Positions 49,991-61,340 of a stretch of 61,340 nucleotides of DNA are shown here, piece by piece. The DNA lies in the NCBI RefSeq assembly GCF_001194135.2, contig NC_068982.1, forward strand, positions 161,306,926 through 161,368,265, in the 5' to 3' direction. Within the stretch, counting starts at the first letter, position 1. Each line of letters starts with the position of its first letter. This stretch comes from Octopus bimaculoides (taxonomy: Eukaryota). Made by a program: the position numbers and the translations under genes. The notes under the pieces were generated by a model. It made no database searches. It had not been told where the DNA came from and was given only the letters and a program-made list of their open reading frames with translations.

Positions 49991-52186
49991 GTATATTTAT
50001 TTATGAGGGTAGAAATTGATATTAATCAATTTGAACCAGTATATATATATATATATATATATATCTGTAAATGATGTACATAACTATAAATGCTATTATG
50101 AAACATAGCTATTTAAATAGTAAGTACTTAATAGTTAACATTTTGTTTGTTAGATGATCCAAATGATTTGCTCTCCATTTACATTTTATGAGCTACTGTT
50201 ACATGTACTCTTTTACAATCTTCTGTCATTCTGTTCTGAATTCTTTCACAATGATTTCCCTATCTAATATGACATGTTATTTCAATTACCAATAGTTCTA
50301 GAAATTTATCAATAGGTAGAATGCCAGAGCAGTTTGTCAATTTAACCAATAGTTGCTTTCAACTTGGTTTTTACTAACAACTTGTCTCTGTGAGTATGTA
50401 GTGGAGTGTTTTATTTTGATTTTTCTTTTTGCTTTTATCATCAAGTTCAAATCTTGTCTGGTATGCTTTGCTTATCTTGTGTAGCACATTCTATGACTAA
50501 GTAACAAATAGGACTATAGCCCTCAAGTCAGTCTCAGTTGTCATTTGTATAATAGTAATATGAATTTCATTCTTAATTGTTGAGACAGAAGTGGTGGTGT
50601 TCTAGTTGTACATTAGTGTTATATCTTCAGATAATGCTAATTCTCTCTTAAGATTACAGAAAGAATGATTTTTAATTCTTTAGAAATTCTTTTTATTTTT
50701 CTAACTTTTTTGTTTTATAAAATGATTATGAAAATTAGTGGCAAACTGAGTAAGCAATCTTTTGAAAAGACTTAAAATATATTTAGATGTACAAAGCTTA
50801 GCCAACATCTTAGGAGCCAACCAATTACATTATCTAATAACTAATATTCTAATGTCTCTGAATTAGTTTCTAATATGTCAAGGTGTTTTTTTTTGTTTTT
50901 TTTTCTATTTTAATACAGTGAATCACTGGAGTGTGGCCATACTATGGCCAATACTTTCACTGCATTGAAAGATTTTAATTGATCATATCCACACAAGTAC
51001 TGTTTCAATGTGACATTTTTTGAACGGCTAATTTACTTGGAGTAAATGAATGCAACTCAATACACTGTTTTATACCATATAGACAGATTGGCCATCCCAA
51101 GGCTGAAGTTGAAAAGCACTTGCCCAAGTTGGCATTCATTCAGACGAATCACATAGTTGCAAACTGTTGCAGAACCAGTGTAGTTCATTTTAGATTAATG
51201 CCTGTAGATGGTATGTAGGAAGGGAGGAGTGCCAAAGTTCTGGGAGGAAAAGTAGTTCAGGTGATCAGCAGTCAATATGACAAGAAGACAGGTTATAGTT
51301 TAATACCAGGTCAGCCCTAATCATACAGACCATTGATCAAAGATGGTCCAGCCAATCATGGAAAGTAGAAAAGCAAAGTCAACCTTCTCAGATTTGTACA
51401 TGGACTCAAAATTAGGAGGCTGTTCAGTTTTCATAAATTTGATATACAGACTGTTTCTTCATCTTTGAATGTAAGGACTATGGGTTATTGACTACTGAGT
51501 GTAAATGGTTGTTGAATTGATCTGATATCTCATGGAAGCGGGTTTGGTATTTTTAGTTCTTAATATGGATATCTGTGGCAGTGTTAAACTTGAGATTAAA
51601 TTCCCTATTATAAAAGTTCAAGTGTTCTATTGAAGCATGTTGTGTTTGGATGACACTAATATATTCTTGTCGTAGCAACAATGTTTGCTATATGATAAAA
51701 CTGTCATATAGCAAACACTGCTAACCCTTATCTGTTAGCTGTAGATTATTTTGTGGGTTGAAAGAAACAAATCATCTCCTGTTATCTTGGTATTTGACAA
51801 TCACATTTGATTGTAGATGATGTCTGTTTTCTTACTTTTACCTCTGTTAATCACATGCAGACCTTTCTATTTGCAAGTATGCAAGTGAATGCTCAAAAAT
51901 ACAAGACTGTGTGACCAGCTGAGGCAAGAATGAGAGGAAAGCAACATAGATCACCTACAATCTAATTATGATCAGGGCACCATTGAAAATCTTTGTAAAT
52001 ATCCTGGAGACAAGTCAGCAATTTAACTTATATGGAAACAAACTTGGAAATGTATGATATTCATTGCTTTTTAAAGTGTAATGGTAAAACTTAATAATTT
52101 TGAAAAGGATTAAAACTCTTTGACCAATTTTGCTTAAAACATTTAAAAAATTAATTAATTTTAATTATTTTTATTTGCTTTTGCAG

Positions 52187-52372
52187 AAGGTGGGATTTTG
52201 TTGGGTGCTTCTAGCCTGACTGGACGCTATTGGTATGGTTCTTTGTGGTTCTATGAAATAGCAGCACATGGACCTGATGTTGAAAAGTGTACTGCTGGTG
52301 TACAATTGGAGGCTGGCATTGACGATGCCATTTGGATAGACCAGGATAAAACTCTCATCGGCTTAGACACAG
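52187..52372 (+). CDS. WDR77: WDR77/MEP50 coding exon 2 (186 nt, phase 1-1)
   Basis: TTGCAG| acceptor and ACAG|GTAAGG donor. Encodes (E)GGILLGASSLTGRYWYGSLWFYEIAAHGPDVEKCTAGVQLEAGIDDAIWIDQDKTLIGLDT; LLGASSLxGRxWxGSLW and AGVQxEAG are diagnostic for MEP50. Confidence 0.95.
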
Positions 52373-54079
52373 GTAAGGTTATATTTGTTGTGCATTAGTG
52401 TAAATGCATATATATTGTATAGAAATACACACATCATTGAAAAATGGAATGTGTAAGATTTGCAAAAGCTACAGAGAAATGAGTCTGGTATGTGTGTAAT
52501 GTTGACTTTTATCAAGGTGAAAAAACTGAAGAGAGGTTGGCCATAATAGATATCAGTATGTAAGAAATTATTGAGCTGATATGGACAGTACATAACACGT
52601 CTGACAAAAACCCGTGTTATTTAGCCTTGGCTCAGCCCTTCTGGGGTTTTTTTTATGTACTTGTGGTGGACACACATTGCTTGTATCTGAGACCACATTG
52701 CTTGTATTCTTCCTCTTTTAAGGTAATTTTAAGTTGTAGTTTGATGAAAATTTACCTGCTGTTTTTAACTTGTTGAATGACTGTAGAATCTCTGAGGTTT
52801 TTTCAAAAAACATACAGGAAGGCAGGAGAACAAGTAGTTGGATCTCTGAATGCTGAATCTTATTAAAAAAAAAAAAAATGTGGATGTGAGATTGGAAATT
52901 TTTAATAGTCTTGTCCTATTCATGCCAACATAGGAAAAGATATTAAAATGGATATTAATGAATTAAAGTATATTTGTTCTGCACTGTTGAAATAAATAGT
53001 TGTTTATTAGTGATGTATCTGTGTATACTCACTTGGTTCCATTGGTGGTTGAAGTAGAAGAAATTGGCAGCTGTGATGTTAATGCCTTTCCTAACAGTAT
53101 CAGCAGCTTGAAATAAAATTTCTAAGACAAGGAATTGGAAACTGGGTTGTGTATTTCATTTACTGAAAGGTTATATCATGTACTTGTGTGTCAGTATGTT
53201 TCAAATGTTATAGCAACAAAGAAGAGAACCGTTATGTTGTTGTTCCTGCTTGGCATTACCTGACACGAGTTGCTATAACAGAATTGTAGGATATGCAAAT
53301 GTACGTGTCTATACAACATACATAAAACTGAAGGTTTGGTCACTATTTGAATTTTACACCCCATTATCTTTCAGTTACCTAAAAGATTTAATAGTGAAAC
53401 TTGAACTTTATATGTTGTGTATTAGGTACTATCTTTCATCTACAAAAGTATAAGCTCTGATTAAACCATGTCTTAAGTAGAGAGCAAATTAAGTTTTTTG
53501 TATTACTCTATTCAACATTCTTGTGTGACTTATGTGATTACTGTTCTATATTGCTATAATCCCTTAATCTAATAAAGTTGTTTTTTTAACTTTTGGGACC
53601 AAAGGATGTTGCTCTTGCTATTTTACAATATGGATACATTTAGTTAACACTTAAGTTGATTGTATTGACCTCTGTATTTCATTAGTATTCAATTTAATGA
53701 CCCCTCCCAACGCACACACATAAAAGGATCAAGTTATTAAAAAAATGAAATGGGTGTAGGATGTTTAAGCTTTAATGATCAGATATTCCAGTCGTAAATC
53801 ATGATCTGACTGGCTTTTTTTTTTTTTTATCCCCTCCAAGTATGAGGACTACATTATCTAAAATGTCCTTCACTTAAGATGGGTAGTTTTTTGGGGGGTT
53901 TTGTTTCTATTTTCAAGGCTGTGTCCCATCATGGTTGCAGTCAAATGAATGAAACAAGTAAAAGAGATGGTTTCCCTTTGGCAGATCAAGGGACTCTATA
54001 GTAAGCTGATTTGTTAGATCAAGTCTGTGAAGTAACCCTTTAACCTGAAGCAGTTTTCTAAATTTAAAATGCAAACATA

Positions 54080-54240
54080 CCTTTGTGGTTAAGAAGTTTG
54101 CTTCTTGACCATACAGTTCCTGGTTCCCATTGTGCAACAAATTAGGAAAGTGTCTTCTGTTGTAGCTTTAGGTTTACAAAGCCTTGTAAATGGAATTTGA
54201 TATCTGGAAATTGTAGAAGCCTGTTGTTTAAGTATGAGTG
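54080..54240 (+). mobile_element. SINE (family A) head
   Basis: GTGGTTAAGAAGTTTGCTTC...AAAGTGTCTTCT...AAAGCCTTGTAAATGGAATTTG. Confidence 0.6.
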
Positions 54241-54699
54241 GGTGAGAGCATATACTTTGTTTACTCGTAAACATAATGTGACTCCTTTTTTCTCCCCCCC
54301 TGCCCTTAAAATCAGTGATGTTATGGTTTTTTCCACAACATGAAACATACTTCTATTGATTTCCATATAAATTGAAGTGTGTTCTGAGAGATTGTTTTTT
54401 TCTCATAAACAAAAACAAAAAAAATGCATTGCAACTGTGTGCGTTTTAAAAATTGATATTTGCATGGAAAGATCAATTTCTTAATAGTTCAGTCTGTATA
54501 TGTGAAAAAAAAATATTCAGAAAGTCTATATTGGAGAATAAGAATACAGTAATATTGCAGTACAGTACCTATTCACCACAAATGATAACTCCTGTGTTAG
54601 GTGGTGATGTAATGGGAGTCACTTGGAAGAAGAGTACTTCTGCCCCTGTAGGATGAAGAATATATCCAAATTTGTTAGAAACTTATTGCATTCCATCTC

Positions 54700-55490
54700 T
54701 TGTAACACTCACTGAAGGAATTGACCCTTGTTCATCTTATTTTTGTTATTTTCACTATTGTTGTCATTAGCAACAAAGATTTTCAAGCCTTTGAAGAGTA
54801 AATTCTTTAGCCAATAATCTTTGCAGCGAACTGAAATGGTATATGTAGAGCCTCTGTATTCTCTTCAGATTGCTCTTGTTCTCACAAACCTCAACTCCTC
54901 ATTAGGCAAACTTTCTCAATGAGATCATAACAACTCATCTATATCATCATCCACAATTTCCGTTGTCACAATATCTTGCCAAACTTGATGTAAAATTTCT
55001 ATTGGTGGAAAATCTATATCACTAGTGCAGAGTGGCCATATGTTTTATCGAAAAACCATTCATAACTGAAGATTCCACATCATCCCATGACTTGTTTTCC
55101 ACTGCAGTCATAATGTTGAACTTTTTCCAGATGCCTTGGAGATTTTATTTAACTATCTCATCAGAAAGATTTTATTTCACTGGTGGGGCTTGTACATTGC
55201 CTAAAAGAAGTAATGTTTTGTTAGAACTATGTTTATCACTGACTTATTCAACATCAGGTCGAAAAAAAGCCCACACTCTTTCAAGAAAGCCCAGTTTCAT
55301 CAACATTGTACACTTGTTCGGGTGTATAGCCTCTTTCAGCAATAATTTTCTTCAGTTCTTTGGGATAATAAGTAGCAGCCTCTGATTAGTAATGGCAACT
55401 AACTCATCAATCATTTTAATACTGTGCAAAATAAGATTCAAACTTAAACCTTTCAGACCAGCTTTTACTAGCATGAAAAGATTTTGCATT
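54700..55490 (-). mobile_element. Pogo/Tigger transposase fossil
   Basis: YPKELKKIIAERGYTPEQVYNVDETGL (NxDETGL motif) and LLLLGNVQAPP (decayed LLLDNAPGH). Confidence 0.72.
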
Positions 55491-56204
55491 TCTACTTACT
55501 GCAGATTAACTAACTTTTAGCTTTTGTTTGAATGACCACCAGATAATTTTGGCCGATCCTATCCCATCTCATCACTGATTAACACTTTCAAGAACCATTC
55601 CATTTGAAGTGTCTCTTCAGATCTATGAAAAAACAACCGGAGCATTTAATAGAGTAGCTGTTTGAGCACTTGACCTAGTTTTATCTTATTAGTTATTATT
55701 CCTGTTGCTAATGTTGCAAGCTTTGTTTTTCACAATCACAATGGCTGAGTATTTCTCCCGGATCAAACCTGTTTTAAACTTAGTTTAACGTCTAGCATAA
55801 TCCCTTTGATTCTTTTTTGTACTACTTAGTTCAAGTCAAGAATAAGGGTAATCTGCTCTGTTAGTGATTAAATCCAACAGCATGAAGACACATGCGTTTA
55901 GGATGTACTCGTGATCATTAGATTGTAGTTTGAATTCCTGGACTTAGCAAAACAATTTCACATTGCTCCAGTCTATTCAACTGGCAAAATGAGTAACCCT
56001 GCAACAGATTGGTGTCCTGTCCAGGGGTGGAATCCAGGAAACCAGCCTTATGAGCTTGGATTTTTTTTTTCTTAATCCAACAGCAGATGTGATAAACTAA
56101 AAATCCATACTAGTAAAATAATAGAATCCTAGGAAGGAAGTGATGTTGAACATCAGAAACTAGTTGTACTTTTACATTCGAAGCAAAAATTAGAAACTGA
56201 AAGG

Positions 56205-56958
56205 TCTTTGGGTATGTTGATTTGAGGGGGGTAGCAATAAGGTTTTTATGGAAAGGTGTTTTGGAAAAACTTTGATTAAATTTGGGCTCAACTTATTGTT
56301 TATAATTTATTCATGCATGTAGAAATTTGTAAACAAGCCTGTAGGTGTTTCTTTTTTGTTAGGTAGGCACAATGTGTGACAAAATTTTTGTTGCTTTTGG
56401 TATTATTGGATTTAATACTTTTGCTTTGACAATGAAAAGATCAAATTTATATTATATTTTGTTCCCATTTTTATATATGAACATATACACACCTTGTATA
56501 TCAGCCCCACATAAGCATATATCTAGAACAAAATTTGAAGAAATTTTATAAACAAACACCAAACAAACTCTACCTCCACAAAACAGAAAATGTAAGATCC
56601 CTATATACTAATCAAATTTCACCTAAGCGTAAGAGAAACAACCTTCTATACTAACAAAGCCATGACATACCTGACTAATAATCCCAAACTTACAAATGAA
56701 AACAAGAAACACTCTAACAAGTAAAGAAATGACCAGCCTTCTTACCACCTACCTGCATACTGGGGATTAAATCTAGTAGTACCAAAAGCAACAAAAATAC
56801 TGTCACACCTCATGCCTACCTAACAAAAAAGAAACAGTTCTTCATGCATGAATTCTAAACAATGACATAAACCCAAATTTTATCAATTAATTTCTTTTTC
56901 AAAACCCCTTTCTGTAAAAACCTAATTGCTACCCCACTCAAACCCACACTCCCAAAGA
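56205..56958. mobile_element. Foldback/MITE-like element with ~200 bp diverged inverted arms
   Basis: Arm 56205-56416 aligns by eye with the reverse complement of 56766-56958, e.g. TGTTTCTTTTTTGTTAGGTAGGCA / TGCCTACCTAACAAAAAAGAAACA. Confidence 0.72.
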
Positions 56959-57164
56959 TGACTTTAACTCAGAGACTATACAAAGGCAAGATTAATTTCT
57001 AATACATTGCAGTCCTAACAATGGCTTAGCTTGCTGAAACTTTGAAGTCACTATCAACAACATTCTTGTATAAGTATAATAAATTTGCACTCTAGAAAAG
57101 TATGGAGTAACTCATCAGGTTAATGTAAAATTGTTTTTATTATAGCTAATCATAAAAACAAACA

Positions 57165-57206
<42 letters not shown>

Positions 57207-57207
<1 letters not shown>

Positions 57208-57380
57208 AGTTCAAAAAAACAACAAAGTGAGGACGTGATACGGATAGTGTTATTGGACGCTCAGGAAAGGAAAGAGAGAGTGTATGACATTTCGGGCGTA
57301 GCCCTTCGTCGGAAAGATGGAAAGTTCGGAGAATGGAAGAACGGAGAAAGAGGAAAATGGTACCGATGCCCATGAGGTTA
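57207..57380 (-). mobile_element. Penelope-type terminal repeat fragment in a (TA)n tract, with hammerhead-like core
   Basis: Minus strand CCGACGA-A-GGGC-TAC-GCCC-GAAA-TGTC at 57286-57312; (TA)n on both sides. Confidence 0.62.
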
Positions 57381-57381
57381 C

Positions 57382-57419
<38 letters not shown>

Positions 57420-57599
57420 CGAAGTGTTGGATGAGTATAGAGTGGTAATAAGAAAAGAGGTGACACGGAAACAATATTAGTCTTGCAATGCCTAAGTGTA
57501 ATGATACATACATATATATAAATGTACATGTCGATTTGCATCCATTTATGTTAAAAACAAAAACTTAATGACTTAATAAATAGAACGGATGTTAAATGA

Positions 57600-57930
57600 T
57601 GATGATCAAAAACTGGCACACCATCAGCTATGATGATGAGTTTTCCAGTTGATCCGATCAACAGAACAGCCTGCCCATGAAATTAACATGCAAGTGGCTG
57701 AGCACTCCACAGACATGCATACTCCTGATGTAATTCTCAGGGAGATTCAGTGTGGCACAATCTGACAAAGCTAGCCCTTTGAATTACATGTACAACTCAC
57801 TTTTGCCAGCTGAGTGGACTGGAGCAACCTGAAGTAAAGTCTCTTGCTCAAAGACAAAATGTATCACTGGGAATCAAACTATGTGATTGTGAGCTGATTA
57901 CTCTAGCCACTTGGCCACATGCCTTCACAG
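57600..57930 (-). mobile_element. SINE-like repeat (family C)
   Basis: tRNA-like end ...CTAGCCACTTGGCCACATGCCTTCAC; the body resembles 5720-5835. Confidence 0.5.
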
Positions 57931-59701
57931 ATCAATAAAATAACTAATATGTATATAGATTGGCTTAAATTATTAAAGGCAGTGCTCCCTGCATGGTCAC
58001 AAGAACCAGACAAAAAATTGAAGCTAAACTGACGTGTTTTTCTTTCCTTCTTTTAGCTGTCTTTTTGTATTGGTTAATGTGTTATTTTAGATTTTAACTG
58101 TGTTACACACCATCTCCTCCTTACTGACAGACTGGGAATCGAGTTTAGTAGAGTTACCCGTGTGACACTCTCTACTTCCTTAATCTTTAGATGAGTATCT
58201 CTCAAGGGAATATCATTTTTAACAAATACAAAAGGGTTTTGGGTGGAAGACTTTTAATATGAATGCGTATATACTATCTGGGATATTCAATCCAAATTTA
58301 AGATTGTGTATAGCATCTCTCAGAAATTCTTTTTTTTTTTTTCTTCTTTCTTGTGTGGTGACACAGAAGAATGCTGTAAAAAGAAAAATGAATTGCAGTA
58401 CTTGGAGGAAGTTGTAATAAAATCTTTGGTCTTAATATCATATGCTTTATCCTAGTTAATGCACGCACTCATACACCCACACATACATATGTATGGAGTT
58501 GAAATTATAGTTACTATGCACATCATAGTTGCTACATTTACACAAGCCAACAAGTTGGCATACATGAATCATTCAGTGTGCTAAAAGTAACAACTAAATT
58601 TTCTTTAAATCAGAACCTACCATCACCAATAAGTATGAATTGAGGTTTTCCTAAATACACTTTTATATCTTAATAAAAAGGCTGGAATGCCTTTACTCAT
58701 GTTTGTCTGCTCATTTCAGAGCAAGCTTAGGGTTACAGAATTATATTTATATAGACTTTTTTTTTTTTACTGCATGTGTGCATGCACACACGCACACGCA
58801 CACACACACACGTATGTACGTACATTGTTTCACTAGGCTGAAAATCATGATGCAGATGGTTTACAATTAGGACTAAATTTTAAAATCTTTTACTTTTTCT
58901 TTCTGTGGAATTTGTTTTTTGGGATTAGTTTGAAATAGATTATTAATCAGGCATTAAAAGTGTTATTTGATATTTCCCTATATATAGCGGCAGGATTTTT
59001 TTCTTGCTGATTAAGGAATTCATCATATTTAATACTAGCAGCAAGAAGTACTTAACATTGCTTTAGATTTTTGTATAACTGAAATATGTTACACTATCAT
59101 CGTCATCAGCATCATCGTCATCATTTAACATCCATGTTCCATGCTGGTCAATGATTGTAAAATATTTCCCTCTTTTAGAAATAGAGAAAAAAATTTCTTT
59201 TTATTGGTAAAAAGATTTGTGTAATGCTTTGGGGCATATTCCTAATTAAAATAAGTTTCGATTATGATGTTTTGTGTACAATATTTTTAGTTAGTATTTG
59301 CAAATTAATCTATTGTTGAGAAGACCTATCTTATATTTGTCAGGAGGCCCTGTTGTCTCCGGCTTCATTCAGTGCACATCATGCAAGAAACCTTGCATCT
59401 CAATGTTTAAACTGATTACTTTAAGACATGTCATTTTCTTTCAAAACAAAGCCTGACAGAAAATAGTTGTCTTCTGAGTTGAACAGGAAGGTTTTTGGAG
59501 ACAGATTTCCCCCTCTAGTTACCATGGTTGTTACTACTGCTGTTCTCATACAGTTTGTTTTCTCCTACTCTGAATGTTTCACATAGTATTTCTTTGTGGA
59601 CTAGCTGCTCCTAGCAACAGTATTTGATTTACAAGATATTACACCTCTTGTTAGTCTTAGTATTGTATGGGTTTTTTTCTTTGCCAGAGTACAGGACAAG
59701 T

Positions 59702-59843
59702 TTAGCCCTTTAGCATTTAAACGAGTCAGGTCCAACCCAAATATTTTATCTGTTTTATGTTCAAAGTGGCCAGTTCGAGTCTCACACCAACTCTACAATG
59801 TCACATTGCATATGAAAAAGTAATCTGAATGCTAAAGGGTTAA
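59702..59843 (+). mobile_element. piggyBac-type MITE, copy 5 (internally deleted)
   Basis: TTAGCCCTTTAGCATTT ... GAATGCTAAAGGGTTAA. Confidence 0.78.
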
Positions 59844-60104
59844 AATGTTGAAAACCATCTTGATTTTGTTAAATATGGCGTTATATCCTTGCTTTTCTCA
59901 ATCTTCATAGACTTCACTTTCAAGAACACTGAGAGGATAAATGTGTGGGGTGGGGTGAGTAAAACTAAGGGGAAAGTATAGAAGAGAGATATATATGTCA
60001 ACATTTATCAATCCCAAGTCAATTGGTATATAAAATTAAAATGACTAACGAGAATTAGAAAAATATAAAAGTTTTATAACTAGTTGCAGTAATGCTGTTT
60101 AACA

Positions 60105-60300
60105 TTAGGTTAACCCTGATCAAGCAGACCTATGGTCAGTGGTATTCCAACTGTGACCATTCCATCTTTTTTCAGGCAATGTGTCCACTTGGCCACATTA
60201 TCCAAAACCTTTTTTTTTATGTTGGTTGTGTGTGATTTGAAGAGGACTTGGCTGCTATTTCTAATAGGTTGAAAGATCATGTAAATAAAGCCTTCCATAT
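60105..60300 (+). repeat. Interspersed repeat with core GATTTGA..GGA.(T)TGGCTGCTATTTCTA, many decayed copies
   Basis: Related pieces at ~13550-13680, 14600-14750, 25700-25870, 35870-36010, 44520-44650 and 49200-49345; class not determined. Confidence 0.5.
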
Positions 60301-60602
60301 TGGTGTGAGATTTCCAAGTAGTTTTTGTTGTAAAACACTACAGAGAAAGAGTCAAAAGCAAGATTAAACTGATTACTGCAAAACACTTTCCTAATTAAGT
60401 AGACTTATGTTTTACCTTGTGATAGGTATTGATCGCTTTGTATAGCCACAGTTTGACTGTCTAGTGCCAAGTTACACCTGAAAAAAGGGGATGACAGTTT
60501 CTTTTGAGTAATCAATGTAGTTTACTAGCAAGTAATAAGTAGTTTAAACCCCGTCACTGAGCCTACTGCATCTGTTGGTGTTACTGTTTAGTATCATTTA
60601 TA

Positions 60603-60672
60603 TTAACCCTTTAGTATTCAAAGGGAAGATTATTTTTACTGGATATGGTCGGTTTAAATGCTACAGGGTTAA
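60603..60672 (-). mobile_element. piggyBac-type mini-MITE, copy 6 (70 bp)
   Basis: TTAACCCTTTAGTATT ... AATGCTACAGGGTTAA. Confidence 0.75.
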
Positions 60673-60839
60673 AATCTTATTTAATTATTCTGTCAATCCT
60701 TGTCTGTTATGTTTATATTTTATGTGTATGCCCTTTAAATTTTGAACAGAAATTATGAAATTGCCTATTATTATCTTAAGAATTGCTTGATTTTCCTATT
60801 TTTGTGTTATGTGAAATAGTTTTGCATATAATTTTACAG

Positions 60840-60981
60840 GTGGCATTGCAGTATGGCAGCTGGTGGATAACTATAAGACCTTTGTACAAATGTCTGCTTC
60901 TGTGGAACATGATAGTATTGTAACCACTGTTAGTTCTTTTGCTGATTCCAAAAAAGTGTTGTCTGCTAGTCATGACAAATC
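60840..60981 (+). CDS. WDR77: WDR77/MEP50 coding exon 3 (142 nt, phase 1-2); gene continues beyond the window
   Basis: TTTTACAG| acceptor and AATC|GTAAGT donor. Encodes (G)GIAVWQLVDNYKTFVQMSASVEHDSIVTTVSSFADSKKVLSASHDK(S), a WD40 repeat with EHDxIVxTVS as in MEP50. Confidence 0.93.
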
Positions 60982-60987
60982 GTAAGT

Positions 60988-61340
60988 ATTATTATTATTA
61001 TTATTCAGTAGTTTTATTTTTATAACGTGCTTTCACTTCACTACCGAGCGCAGCTCTGTGCGCCTTGGGTATGTGCTGTGGTTTGCTGTGGTGCTCTTAT
61101 GTTTACTGTATTGAAAGTGTTTTGCGTAGAATGTGTGCAGTACCCAGTAGTGCAATTTTCTGTATGTTATATATATTTGTAAGTCCTGGTGTTTTTGTTA
61201 TGTATTTGTCTGAATATTTTTTTATTATACCTAAGGCACCTACTATGATAGGAATTGTTTCTGTTTTTAGATTCCACATTCGAGTTATCTCTATTTACAG
61301 GTCTTTGTATTTTGAAAGTTTTTCCATTTCTTTTAGAGAA
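60988..61340 (-). mobile_element. R4/Dong-like RLE non-LTR retrotransposon 3' end, cut by the window edge
   Basis: KEMEKLSKYKDL*IEITRMWNLKTETIPIIVGALG...IQKIALLGTAHILRKTLSIQ*, a short 3' UTR and a (TAA)n end. Confidence 0.88.

Larger units (their letters stand above)
52373..60839 (+). other. WDR77: WDR77 intron 2 (8,467 bp, GT-AG, phase 1)
   Basis: Phase-compatible join DT-G|GT-GIAVW. Confidence 0.9.

Overview
AT-rich, microsatellite-dense animal genomic DNA with six N-gaps. The repeat content (RTE tails ending in (GAT)n, tRNA-headed SINEs with central TA/CA tracts) looks like an Octopus short-read assembly; the species is inferred, not shown. One host gene is well supported: the 5' part of WDR77/MEP50, the WD40 cofactor of PRMT5, on the + strand. 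Its coding exon 1 is 12594-12651, exon 2 is 52187-52372 and exon 3 is 60840-60981, separated by a 39.5 kb first intron and an 8.5 kb second intron; the gene runs off the right edge. Everything else I can identify is transposon-derived: Penelope-like (RT + GIY-YIG), R4/Dong-type RLE LINEs, a Gypsy fossil with an in-frame RT/RNaseH deletion, many RTE LINE pieces, mariner and pogo fossils, hAT- and piggyBac-type MITEs, and SINEs. The most notable item is a 421 bp insertion (33955-34375) with a 13 bp TSD. It carries a minimal type I hammerhead ribozyme motif enclosed by a 12 bp inner and a 70 bp outer inverted repeat, so it is a candidate Penelope-dependent retrozyme-like element. The WDR77 introns also hold several near-perfect dsRNA-forming structures (possible ADAR substrates), and CpG content visibly drops at about 20 kb. 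Repeat family names come from motif recognition by eye, and many repeat boundaries are approximate.
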